A DNA stretch of 63,599 nucleotides, filler included, from Octopus bimaculoides (GCF_001194135.2; 6 parts of 4 records of this genome joined end to end with filler, not necessarily neighbours in it), one strand, 5' to 3'. Shown: positions 51,994 to 63,599, counted from the whole stretch's first letter. Program-made: numbers and translations. The notes: generated by a model not told the origin, from the sequence alone.

Positions 51994-53511
51994 TGAATTC
52001 AAAAACCTCAGGTCACATATTATGCTGCTTAGTGATATTTCATCCATCTTTATGTTCTGAGTTTAAATGTTGCTAAGATCAGCTTTGCCTTTCATCTTCT
52101 AGGCATGGATAAAATAAGTACCAATTTAGCACTGGGGTCAGCGTAATCAACTTACCCCTACCACTAAAATTGCTGGTCTTATGCCAAAATTTGAAACCAT
52201 TATTATAATGATGATGATGATCATCATCATCAACAGCAGCAACAGCTCAACAGTGTTAATCATCATGTCTTTGTAATATCCTCTTCATTTAATGCCCTTG
52301 TGGCAAACAAAAGAGATCTTTATCATATCATCATTATATTATCATCATCATCATCTTTATTATTATTTTTTTTTAAATGTGAGATGATCAATGGATTGTA
52401 ACTTGAATAGAATTTTTGTATTTTAAAACGTTTCCTTCTCTTTTTCTTTTTTTTATCCCTATTTACATAACTGTCAGGTAAATTTCAAAAAAGTAAAGAA
52501 TTCAAACATAAATACAAACAAACATTTATGTAAGCAAATTTAGATATTACAACTATATATTTCCCCACTTATTTTTAGCTTATATTTACTTTTATTCTTT
52601 ATTTTTGGGGGAAGTGAAGAGTGGGATGCATTGGTGGTGGTGTTATAGAGATGAAATAAATTGAATCACAAAATAATTGATTGCTATTACATATTTATCA
52701 CATGTACTTCTTATCCCACACTTGTTTATCATTCATATCATCGCCACACATCCTATCTATCTATATTCAATATCCTCACTTGTTTAGTTCTTTTCATCAA
52801 TAAAAGGAAAACGAACTCACTGTATACACATTTAGCATTGTTGCAACAAGAAAAAAGATGGTTATTTTATAGCCAAAAATTATTCAATTAAATTCATGCG
52901 CGCGTGCACACACACATCATTCGATATATTTTCTCTTTTCCATTTAATCCTTTGCTCTCCTGCTTAAACTCCCTCTCTTCTCCTACTATACAATATCTAG
53001 CACCATTTCAAAGCAGTCACCCAAACACCTGCTATCTTTAACAGTAGACAAATCTTTATATATTTATATATATTCTATATAATTGCATAGATTTGTAAAC
53101 ACAGTACAATGTCATCTATATAGCAGTAGTTATTTATTTTCTTAATATTGTGACACAGGAGATACAAAAAAAAAAAAATGATTGGCATACTTTGCATAGA
53201 AAGTTAAAAATTACTGCTGTATTGTGCATGGAAAAATATAAATTGCTGGAGCTCTTTGTACGCAAAGAAAACTGTTCTAAAACTACAAGTTTAGAAAATA
53301 ATGTTACAAGTGAATGGAAGCCATGAAAGAGAGAAGAGAAGCATGGCTTGGGATGAGGTAGTAAAGACCAGTCTCAAAACATTGCACCTTACATAGACGA
53401 GAACAAAGAATTGCTACTATGGTGACATGCAGAGCTGGAGAAGACGCAAATTCCCTGTGCAAGCATACTGAAACACACTTTAAAATTTGTGTTGCGAGAG
53501 AGTTTGGAAAT

Positions 53512-53555
<44 letters not shown>

Positions 53556-54766
53556 AATAGGTATATGATAGGATTGCTTTAATATTTCAGGGGTAGTCAG
53601 AAGTAGCTAAGCAACCAGGGGATAGTTAAATCCGTAGGCACTCCTGGAGATGACTTGCGTGGTTACCGTCTTTGTTAGAAGGTATCCAGAGGCAGGTAAT
53701 TTATTCTTATACCACTATATGCATTACTATATCCACTAACTGTTACTCCTGCATCTCTCACACCATGAACTTTAACATACTTCTCAACATTCTGAAGAGA
53801 TCTGCCAAACCATTTGGCACATTGAAACAATCGTAAATGACTCATTATATAATCTCCACATAATTAAATCAATGGCTAACTAGCCCAATTGACTTGCTTC
53901 TTCTTGTGTTTGTTTCTCCATTCTCCACTTAATTATATATGTATATGTANNNNNNNNNNNNNNNNNNNNNNNNNNNNNNNNNNNNNNNNNNNNNNNNNNN
54001 NNNNNNNNNNNNNNNNNNNNNNNNNNNNNNNNNNNNNNNNNNNNNNNNNNNNNNNNNNNNNNNNNNNNNNNNNNNNNNNNNNNNNNNNNNNNNNNNNNNN
54101 NNNNNNNNNNNNNNNNNNNNNNNNNNNNNNNNNNNNNNNNNNNNNNNNNNNNNNNNNNNNNNNNNNNNNNNNNNNNNNNNNNNNNNNNNNNNNNNNNNNN
54201 NNNNNNNNNNNNNNNNNNNNNNNNNNNNNNNNNNNNNNNNNNNNNNNNNNNNNNNNNNNNNNNNNNNNNNNNNNNNNNNNNNNNNNNNNNNNNNNNNNNN
54301 NNNNNNNNNNNNNNNNNNNNNNNNNNNNNNNNNNNNNNNNNNNNNNNNNNNNNNNNNNNNNNNNNNNNNNNNNNNNNNNNNNNNNNNNNNNNNNNNNNNN
54401 NNNNNNNNNNNNNNNNNNNNNNNNNNNNNNNNNNNNNNNNNNNNNNNNNNNNNNNNNNNNNNNNNNNNNNNNNNNNNNNNNNNNNNNNNNNNNNNNNNNN
54501 NNNNNNNNNNNNNNNNNNNNNNNNNNNNNNNNNNNNNNNNNNNNNNNNNNNNNNNNNNNNNNNNNNNNNNNNNNNNNNNNNNNNNNNNNNNNNNNNNNNN
54601 NNNNNNNNNNNNNNNNNNNNNNNNNNNNNNNNNNNNNNNNNNNNNNNNNNNNNNNNNNNNNNNNNNNNNNNNNNNNNNNNNNNNNNNNNNNNNNNNNNNN
54701 NNNNNNNNNNNNNNNNNNNNNNNNNNNNNNNNNNNNNNNNNNNNNNNNNNNNNNNNNNNNNNNNNN

Positions 54767-54797
<31 letters not shown>

Positions 54798-54799
<2 letters not shown>

Positions 54800-57700
54800 G
54801 GGTGTGAGGGGTATTTGAGGACAGTTTTGGTTTACAATAAAACAACTATATATCAGCATAAATAAATATGTATTTGAATAAACATTTGTGCAATTAGTCT
54901 TGATAATGATCTTTTAAGCAAATTATTCTATGAAACTGCCTTCAGCTTCGATAACTGTTTCAATGCGGGACTGAAATTGTGGTATTATGAGGATGATGAT
55001 TAGTCTCCCTTTCAACAGTGCTTCACAAATAGTAGTCCATGGGGTTCAAATCTGGCTAGTTTGGAGGCCACATATTGGGTGTTGGTCATAGCCCAACTAA
55101 TTAGAGAGAGATTCAGTTTAGACGGGATGCAGTTTGGGTTCATGCCATGGAAAAGCATCACTGATGCTATATTTCAGGTAAAACAGCTGCAGGAGAAATA
55201 CCTAGCCAAAGATAAACATCTGTACCTGGCTTTCATTGACATGGAGAAAGCCTTTGACAGGGTCCCCCGATCCCTTATCTAGTGGTCAATGAGGAAACTA
55301 GAGATAGATAAATGGTTAGTGAGAACTGTGCAAGCCATGTACAGGGAAGCTGTCAGTAAGGTGAGGGTTGGCAACGAGTACTGTGAAGAATTCTGGGTAG
55401 AGGTAGGAGTCCACCAAGGTTCAGTCCTCAGCCCCCTCCTATTTATCATAGTCCTCCAGGCAATAACAGCGGAATTCAAGACAGGATGCCTCTGGGAGCT
55501 CCTCAATGCTGATGACCTTGCTCTAATTGCTGAGTCACTATCAGAACTAGATGAGAAGTTTCAGGTGTGGAAGCAAGGATTAGAATCGAAGGGCCTTAGA
55601 GTCAACCTAGCTAAAACCAAAGTCCTAATAAGTAGGAAGGCAGACAAACCACAAATCTCTTCAGGTAGGTGGTCCTGCTCGATCTGTAGAAAAGGCATAG
55701 GTAGAAACTCTGTAACATGTACCCAGTGTAAGCTATGGACACGTAAGAGGTGCAGCAATATCAAAGGAAGGCTAACTGGGAAGATAGTTTTTGCATGTGA
55801 CAGATGCTCAGGATCAATAAACACTGAAAATGTGCAGAGAACAACTTCTGCCACATTTCAGGGAGAAAAACTAGAAGTAGCTGATAGCTTCCATTGCCTA
55901 GGTGGCCAAGTCAGTAGCGGGGGTGTGTGCACTGAANNNNNNNNNNCATTGCCTAGGTGGCCAAGTCAGTAGCGGGGGTGTGTGCACTGAAAGTGTAGCT
56001 GCTAGAATAAAAATAGCCTGGGCAAAGTTCAGAGAGCTCTTAACTCTGCTGGTGACAAATGGCCTCTTACTCAGAGTAAAAGGTAAACGGTATGACGCAT
56101 GTGTATGAACAGCCATGCTATATGTCAGTGAAACATGGGCCGTGACTGCTGAAGACATGTGTAAGCTTGCTAGGAATGAAGCCAGTATGCTCCACTAGAT
56201 GTGTAATGTCAGTGTGCATACTTGACAGAGTGTAAGTACCTTGAGAGAAAAGTTGGACCTAAGAAGCATCAGATGTGGAGTGCAAGAGAGACGACTGCAC
56301 TGGTATGGTAAATTTGGTGAGAATGGATGAGGATAGCTGTGTGAAAAAGTGCCACACCCTAGCGGTTGAGGGAACCTGTGGAAGGGGTAAACCCAGGAAG
56401 ACCTGGGATGAGGTGGTGAAGCATGACCTTGGAACATTAGGCCTCACCAAGGCAATGACTAGTGACTGAGACCTTGGGAAATATGTTGTGCTTGAGAAGA
56501 CCTAGCAAGCCAAGTGAGACCATAACACGTGGCCTATGCCAGTGGTGTAGCCAGCCCACTCATGCATACCTTTCCTTCATTTGTCACTAAACTCTGCTTG
56601 TAAAGACCTGTTGAGGCAAGTGAAATCGAAATTGAAATCAAATTCGATGACTGCCATCCATGCTAGTGGAGTGCTAAGAGCACCATTCAAGCGTGATCAT
56701 TACCAGTGTCACCTCACTGGCGGCACTTGTGCCAGTGGCATGCGAAAAAATATTTGAGCGAGGTCGTTGCCAGTGCTGCTGGACTGGCTCCTGTGCAGGT
56801 GGCACATAAAAAACACCATTTGAGCATGGCTGTTGCCAGTACCGCCTGACTGGCCCTCGTGCCAGTGGTACGTAAAAACACCCACTACACTCTCAGAGTG
56901 GTTGGCATTAGGAAGGGCATCCATCTGTAGAAAATCTACCAAATCAGATTGGAGCCTGGTGCAGCCGTCTGGTTTGCCAGTCCTCAGTCAAATCGTCCAA
57001 CCCATGCCAGCATGGAAAGCGGACATTAAACGATGATGATGATGATTTTCTGGCAACCATTCTTGAGTGACTAGGGCTTTGTGAGAAGGTGCTGAGTCTT
57101 GTTAGAACACATATGGCCTTTCATTGCATACTTCATCGATCCAGGACTTGATAACAATTTCCTGTACCTCAATGTATCCAGCAGCATTAATTATAAGACC
57201 TTATGGAAAAAAGCGGGGAGTCATCACAAGATCTTCACTACTCACCTCTCCTAAAACCATCACAGATGCTGAAAATTTTGTGTACTTCAGAAGGATCTGC
57301 ACATAACCACCTTTCATTTCTTCTGTTAGACTTTTGATCCTGGTCAAAGTTTTTTCACCAGAGAAAAACCAACGCATGCTTTGTTTATGAGGGGTTTTCA
57401 CTTTGTTAAGATAGTTTTCCTGTCTTTGCTGACACAAATTGGCCTTTCCTCATTACATAGGACTTGTATCAAATGTCACAATGTACCACAGTTCTGATAG
57501 TCTACTCTGACATCCGAAGTTCTTTAGCAATGGACCTCATTGATCTTCTGGGGTTTTCTTCGATAATGTTTTAAAGATGTTGTATAAATTCTGGTGTCCT
57601 TTTAGTGTCTGAGCATTGTCAATGTTTTTTTACTCTTTGATACAGGTGAAACATTACTATCACATGCCTCCTTGGAACATTTAGAAAGTTGCTAATTTCT

Positions 57701-57866
57701 AAATCACTGTGGTTTGCACATATAGCAACTATGACTGCCCGTCTTTTCATTTCTTGAGTTAGCATGATATCTTGAAAGGGTTATCTGAAAAAAAAAATGA
57801 TGCATTAAATAATTTGAAGGTGTAATGAACTAAAAACAAAATATTCTCAAAAACCCCTCGCACCTA
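54798..57866 (-). mobile_element. Full-length DD37D (maT-type) mariner interrupted by an RTE LINE
   Basis: TIRs ggtgtgaggggtatttgag (54801) and rc ggtgcgaggggtttttgag (ending ~57864). Transposase MLTQEMKRRAV (ATG 57765)...FFSGEK...QDSAPSH..QEWLPEN | RTE | PNMWPPN*PDLNPMDYY...FQSRIETVIEAEGSFIE*. Confidence 0.88.
55084..57046 (+). mobile_element. 5'-truncated RTE-clade LINE (RT, PHD-like finger, repetitive 3' UTR, (GAT)5 tail)
   Basis: QFGFMPWKSITDAIF, AFIDMEKAFDRVP, GVHQGSVLSPLLF, LNADDL, VNLAKTK; (GAT)n at 57032-57046. Confidence 0.93.
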
Positions 57867-58148
57867 TATATATATATTTTATTCATTTAAAATACAGAGA
57901 TGCCTATAATAGGACATCTGACCCGCTAGAAAGAGCAGCAAAAAACTCTATACCACAAAAATAGGGATAATTTCGAAAGGGAATGAAAAATAAAAACATT
58001 TACCAATCTNNNNNNNNNNNNNNNNNNNNNNNNNNNNNNNNNNNNNNNNNNNNTTAATTAATTAANNNNNNNNNNNNNNNNNNNNNNNNNNNNNNNNNNN
58101 NNNNNNNNNTGTGTGTGTGTGTGTGTACACTATATTACATTACATTAG

Positions 58149-59060
58149 TATTATTATTATTACCATTTTTATGCGTATGCTTTCCTTCTTGTTGTTTTGT
58201 AGTAATGATATATTTCAGAGAAAGAAGGTCTAAATCCTAAGAATTAAGAATTCGTTAAAACTTTGTTGTGATATTTCCGATTTTGAAAGGATTTAAAAAA
58301 TGAAAATATATTCAGATTGACGTACGAAACAAATTTTTGATGACGAGATACTTTTGGTTTTCTTGTCATTTGACCATAGTATTTCAGGGTGCCATTTGAT
58401 ACATTCCCAAAGCACCAATTATTACAGGTAAAGTTGTTGTTTTTAGATGCCTCATTTTCGAGAAATCTACTTCAAGATCCTTGTATTTACTTAACTTTTC
58501 AAACGTTTTTACAAAGGTGTGAAACTTTGCTGCGATTAACATATGTATTAGCGAACATGTTTTGTCAATGTGGATTTTCACTATAATATATGGTCTAAAA
58601 ACCCGGATAGCAAAATCAATTTGAATACTAAAGTCCTAACGTGGTTTCAACTATTTTGGCAAATTTATGTTTCCACTAGTCCAAACAGACGGCATATGAG
58701 CGAGTGCAAATACTGACCAAATATCTCATGGAGATAGATATATTCAGATGAAGCTAACATAAATCAACCAAAGATCAGCTAGTCAATTGTTTCTTTGTCT
58801 GAACCACAAAAGTATCAGAAAGGATCAGCACCACTTTTAAGAGAGTTGGCATGATAATTTCTCGTGGACAGACACTAATCCTCAGCTACTATAGCAAAGT
58901 CCCCTGTTTCTGATTTAAGTCCAGACAGCCACTAAGGAGTCGTGTTTATATCAATATCTGGATCACTGGCTCTTGTATATAGTTTTGATGATGTAATGCC
59001 TTACTTTTCAATCACTTACGCAGTTTTGAGGTGTCTTTTGATTTGGTTTGTGATATTATC
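58149..59060 (-). mobile_element. R4/Dong-like LINE 3' fragment (CCHC region and RLE), short TAA tail
   Basis: SGLKSET...STRNYHAN...KETID, RPYIIV, EKLSKYKDLEV..KMRHLKTTTLPVIIGALG; ends taataataata. Confidence 0.8.
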
Positions 59061-59074
59061 TGTTTTGTTTTCCC

Positions 59075-59445
59075 ACTGGTTTATTTTGTTTCATTTAGAC
59101 CCTCCAGCGTTTGAAGACAATAAGTCTCTTCAAATCTCAAGAATATTAGGATTCTTTCAGAATACGAGATGGCATATGTTTGTAGGTCAGCAATTCGTAT
59201 TTCGGTTCCTCTTTGATAGCAGTTTGAGCGTTGTGTCAAGTGCACCAACTTCTACGAAAACAGTTGTCCCTGTTACCACCTACAATCTCTTCATCTCCTT
59301 GGCTAGCTCATGCTGTTTCTCGATTTTCTCAATTTTGTTGATATCCACTTTATTATCATATAGTAATGTAAAATATATGATGTTACACTGTTTCTTTTGT
59401 GTCTTTTACAATCATATCTGTTCTCTTCGCTAAAATAGTCAGTCT
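59075..59445 (-). mobile_element. Second, head-to-tail R4/Dong-like RLE 3' fragment
   Basis: KIEKIEKQHELAKEMKRL*VVTGTTVFVEVGALDT...TSAILYS matches the RLE C-terminus. Confidence 0.65.
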
Positions 59446-59760
59446 TTATCGAGAAATCTTATAAAAACCTGTAATGTTTATTCACCTCTGGTTCATGTTC
59501 ATACAACATATTTGTCACTTTGACTCTACACATTAGGCCAATATACCAATACATTCTTTTATCGACACAGCCATGCCTGCACTTATACTCTTTTCATGCT
59601 AGCTAACTGCACTCACTCAAGAGATGGCTAATATTTTCGTTTCTTTTTTCCACGGATTCTAATTAGATGCGTTCTAATGGCTTTTGCCTGAACGGTTATG
59701 ATTAGCAATTCGGTTTCCGCTTCAGGTCTCCATTTATTATTATTTCTGTTGTTGTTACTG

Positions 59761-59775
59761 CAGCTGCTGCTGCTG

Positions 59776-59844
<69 letters not shown>
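59761..59844. repeat. (CTG)n then (CTA)n microsatellite
   Basis: Direct reading. Confidence 0.95.
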
Positions 59845-60175
59845 TACTTTTTTTTATAAAGTAGCGAAATATTTTAAACGTTCAAATATGGTTCATGTAT
59901 GTTTAAACATAAAACAATCGAAATTTTTTACATCTCTTTTTGCTAAACTTTTGAATGTCATCGCTTGATTGCGTCTTTGCGCTATTGTCTGATTCCTTCA
60001 CTAATATTTAATGTGACAATGTTGTAATGGGATGTTCGTGTCTGATAGTCGTCATGTTTTGCGGAATCCTTTTCTCTTTTTATCATGAACTAGACGGACG
60101 TACGCATAGACAGACAGACAGGCAGACAGACAGACAGGCAGACATACAGACATACAGACAGATAGACAGACAGAC

Positions 60176-60226
<51 letters not shown>

Positions 60227-60337
60227 CAAAGAGAGAGATATACTATATGTTTGTGTATCATTATGTGTGTGTGTGTATGTTCGTGAGCGTGGATGTATAT
60301 GTATATAGTGTGTGTATCTATGTGCGTACTCGAGTGT

Positions 60338-60375
<38 letters not shown>

Positions 60376-60916
60376 TGAGAAAGAGAGAATTTAAGTGCAG
60401 GATACTTAACACTGAATTTAACGCCAATACGCTTCTATTCCTATTCAAAATACATTTCATATTTTAGCTATGCTTCTCGTCCTCTTCCTCGACCTCCTCC
60501 TCACCTTTCCTTTACCCTCGTCTTCATTTCAACCTTCTTTTTTTAATATTATTATAAGCTTCAACTGCATATACAAGTATTGAGTTGACATTTTGGTTGT
60601 GAGACACCACAGGAATGTTTGTGTAATTCTTCATTTTATGTCTTTCTTATGCCTAAATTTGATTTTTATTGTTTGTTGCACTTCTTAGTATCTGTGAGGC
60701 TTGTGAGTTTATATTTGTGTAATTTTGTGTGTGTTTAGAGAGAAGAAAGTAAGCCTCACCCAACGACTTTATCCGGAATGAGGCGGTTGGGCGCAGTTGG
60801 TTGGACAATGGCGATTTGGCACAGCTGACTGGACATTGAAGCTATTTAGGCGAGAGTACTTTTTAGCACTGGTGGCAAACACACGCACACACTAATGCGC
60901 ATGTATAAAGATACAC

Positions 60917-60954
<38 letters not shown>

Positions 60955-61210
60955 GGATGGATGAATGGATTTCAGTTAACTAATTAAAATAATCTACATC
61001 AACACCTTCACTAACCATCATATACATGAAGTCAAGCAGAAAATTAAAAAACGTTTAGTAATTGAGTAGTTAGTAGCTGTGATTACGAATCGGTTGTCAA
61101 TTAGAATATAAACAAAATTTTCACTGTGTCCCAGAGACAAAGTGACACCAAATAAGCGGGGCCAAAGCGGCTGTGCAGAAACGCTTCACGCGCAATTTTA
61201 TCAAGTCATT

Positions 61211-61483
61211 CAAGATCTGCACCGAGATCTGCACCCGCGAACGGCATCACCCGGGCTCGCGCCCGCGGCTTCCATGCGCGCCGCGGTGCCCTCCTACTCG
61301 ACCTGGCATCGGAAAGTCGCCTCGCCGGCGATCGCGCAACTTGTCACCCGGCCGGTCCGGCATCGGTCGCTCGCTCGCTCCAGCGCCGTTCATTTTCGGG
61401 AGCGGTCGATTCGGCAGGTAAGTTGTTACACACTCCAGAGCGAATTCCGACTTTCTTGGCCACCGTTCTGCTGTCTGTATCAA
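61211..61483 (-). rRNA. 28S: Isolated 28S rRNA fragment (pseudogene, D7 region), 273 bp
   Basis: rc reads TTGATACAGACAGCAGAACGGTGGCCAAGAAAGTCGGAATTCGCTCTGGAGTGTGTAACAACTTACCTGCCGAATCG...GAAAATGAACGGCGCTGGAGCG...GAGTAGGAGGG...GGTGCAGATCTTG, matching conserved eukaryotic LSU core sequence with several core substitutions. Confidence 0.93.
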
Positions 61484-62089
61484 TGAAGAAGTCACGAACA
61501 ATGTGTTGCAGTAGTTGGATGTAGCAGCATCAACTGTTCGAGACACTTTATATTCAAATAGAGAATACTTGCAACAACTTCTCCTTTCGGACGAGTGTGT
61601 ATCCATAACACACTCGAATCATTAGTATATAGGGGCTTTGAGTGACTCGTTTTTTTTCGACAATGTTTTGACTCCTCAGATAAAGATACCTCAGACTAAT
61701 CTAACAAGAGTTTGTGGGTCTCGTTTATAACTTTAACAAATAAATAATTTACTGATGCGCGCTATCTGCCAAACGATAAAATAATAACATGTTCACGATG
61801 AACAACGAGATACAAACCGATTACTTACAAAATCATTCTGAATACGTCCCGGCTGATTCGAACATCAGTATGCTATTCGCTTCGTGTTTCGCCTTCGGGG
61901 GATAAGCTCTTTCAGACAAATGTGTATTCATAACACTCGATTCATTAGCGTAAGGAGACTTACTGATTTCTGATTTCTTTTAGAACTTTGGCAGAGTGTT
62001 TGAAGTTTTTTTTGAAGGTATTGAGTGGGGGATAGTTTTGGCATCTAAGACATTAAGTAGTAGGGTAGGAGTAAAAGAAAGTATCCTTG

Positions 62090-62121
<32 letters not shown>

Positions 62122-62221
62122 NNNNNNNNNNNNNNNNNNNNNNNNNNNNNNNNNNNNNNNNNNNNTTAATTAATTAANNNNNNNNNNNNNNNNNNNNNNN
62201 NNNNNNNNNNNNNNNNNNNNN

Positions 62222-62945
62222 TCGCACCCCTCGGACCCCTACAATTTATTTCCTCCCCGAAATCCACAAATCTAACAGCCCTGGCCGCCCCATCGTCTCC
62301 GCCTGCAACTGCCCCACCGAACTCATCTCCCAATGTCTTGACCGTGTCCTTGCCCCCCTAGTGGCTTCCCTCCCCTCTCACATCCATGACTCCAACATGC
62401 TCTTCGTTTGTTCAACTCCTGCCCTTCTAGACTTCTCTTCACTCTTGACATCAATAGCCTTTACACGGTGATCCCTCAGCACGAGGGGTTTCGTGCACTC
62501 CAGCACTTCTTTGACCTTCGACCCAACCCCCAACCTGACACATCCAGACTCCTTCGTCTGGCCGAACTTGTCCTGTCTCTTAACTGGTTCTCGTACGTGG
62601 ACGATTTTTACCAGCAATTCTCGGGAGTGGCCATGGGAACAAGAATGGACCCTGTTCGTTGGCTACGTTGAGGCCCAAATATTCTTAAGTTTCACTGGTT
62701 CCACTCCCGGACTATACAGTCATTATATTGATGACTGTATCGGTTCGACCTCACTTTCCCGCGAACAACTAGACTCCTTTCCCTCTTTTGTTAAATCTTT
62801 CCGTCTTGTCCACTTCTTCTGCACTATTTCCGATACTTCCGTAGCCTTTCTCGACATTTCGATCAGCATCCACACTCACCACCGCCATCTCAAACACACA
62901 GACTCACACTCATACCTCAACTTCTCCGCCTCCCACCCTAAACAC
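62222..62945 (+). mobile_element. Penelope-like RT pseudogene fragment (same family as 46072-47244)
   Basis: PTIYFLPEIHKSNSPGRPIVSACNCPTE, LLFTLDINSLYTVIP, GVAMGTRM, HYIDDCIG. Confidence 0.92.
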
Positions 62946-62977
62946 ACCAAGCTATATATATTACATTAATAATTATA

Positions 62978-63170
62978 TCAAAGAGTACACGAAGCACCAG
63001 CTTGCTATAAAGTGGGAGTAAAAACTCCCAACATAACCACCAATCTCATTGAAAATATACAACAAACCTACAGAAATTGGGTCCGTTACATATTTTCAGT
63101 GAAATTAGGGGTCAACTTGGGGGCTTTCACTTTCAATTTATAGCAAGCTGGTGTTTCGTGTACCCTTTAA
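62978..63170. mobile_element. TA-flanked MITE with ~35-bp TIRs (Tc1/mariner-type)
   Basis: aaagagtacacgaagcaccagcttgctataaagt vs rc aaagggtacacgaaacaccagcttgctataaatt (31/34); TA at 62976-77 and 63171-72. Confidence 0.85.
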
Positions 63171-63287
63171 TATAATTCAGAATTTAATGTACAGCTGTTT
63201 AATGCTAATATCGCTTGCTGCCACTAATGTTATTGTTACTGTTATTATCATTTATTTAGATTCGCCACAGATAATAATAATAATAAC

Positions 63288-63337
<50 letters not shown>

Positions 63338-63340
<3 letters not shown>

Positions 63341-63599
63341 TTGCTGCCTTAGATATTATGACTGATAAATGGCATGGAAAACCTCTCAATGGCAAATACC
63401 CAATGAGAGCGAATAATGCAGATATTCACAAAACCCTTACCCATCAATGGCTAATGGCCTCTGGCTTGAAATCAGAAACAGAGGGGTTTACCATAGCAGC
63501 CCAAGATCAATGCATACCTATAAAGAACTACCAGGCCAACATATAAAAGAACGGCAGCTCCCCATTATGTCGTATATGCCAACAACAAAATGAGATCAT
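63338..63599 (+). mobile_element. 5'-truncated R4/Dong-like LINE starting directly after (TAA)n
   Basis: KWHGKPLNGKY..RAN...HQWLMASGLKSETEGFTIAAQDQCIPIKNYQANI*KNGSSPLCRIC; preceded by (TAA)n at 63271-63337; runs off the window. Confidence 0.85.

Noticed and set aside
53589-53696. Plus-strand segment bounded by tttcag|G and CAG|gtaatt
   Set aside because: Stops in all three frames; it could only be a non-coding exon and nothing else supports it.
55892-55991. 45-bp direct duplication inside the RTE ORF
   Set aside because: The identical copies flank a 10-N placeholder gap, so this is an unmerged contig overlap.
58942-59433. 163-aa hydrophobic plus-strand ORF resembling a membrane protein
   Set aside because: It is the antisense shadow of the Dong-like RLE fragments; the same applies to 50125-50616 and 51036-51395, which are antisense to Tx1 ORF1.
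61142-61606. GC-rich ORFs of 82-119 aa
   Set aside because: They are translations of the 28S rRNA fragment.

Overview
AT-rich, microsatellite-dense eukaryotic genomic DNA from a gappy draft assembly. It is most likely an octopus: it carries the tRNA-headed SINE families I recognise from Octopus genomes and a divergent GC-rich 28S fragment. No host protein-coding gene can be supported; almost every ORF in the track is a microsatellite or N-run artefact or a transposon remnant. The window is a transposon graveyard. Retroelements: an L1/Tx1 LINE ORF2 (APE-RT-CCHC, 25.3-28.7 kb) and a separate ORF1 half of the same family (50.3-52.0 kb); two Penelope-like (PLE) RT fragments and an inverted pair of PLE GIY-YIG ends; five R4/Dong-like restriction-like-endonuclease (RLE) LINE fragments, mostly associated with (TAA)n; many SINEs. 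DNA transposons and nesting: an RTE LINE with a PHD-like finger inside its RT, nested in a full-length DD37D (maT-type) mariner; further mariner relics, MITEs and foldback elements. There is also a 273-bp 28S rRNA fragment. Least-explained signals: (i) several minimal type I hammerhead-ribozyme motifs in non-coding repeats, one with an intact core and two sharing an A6U core variant; (ii) a 4-unit ~135-bp array whose units end in (TAA)n, bracketed by 74-bp direct repeats; (iii) the 28S fragment fused to a sequence carrying two hammerhead-like hairpin motifs. All alignments were done by eye, and five 100-bp TTAATTAATTAA spacers make long-range adjacency uncertain.
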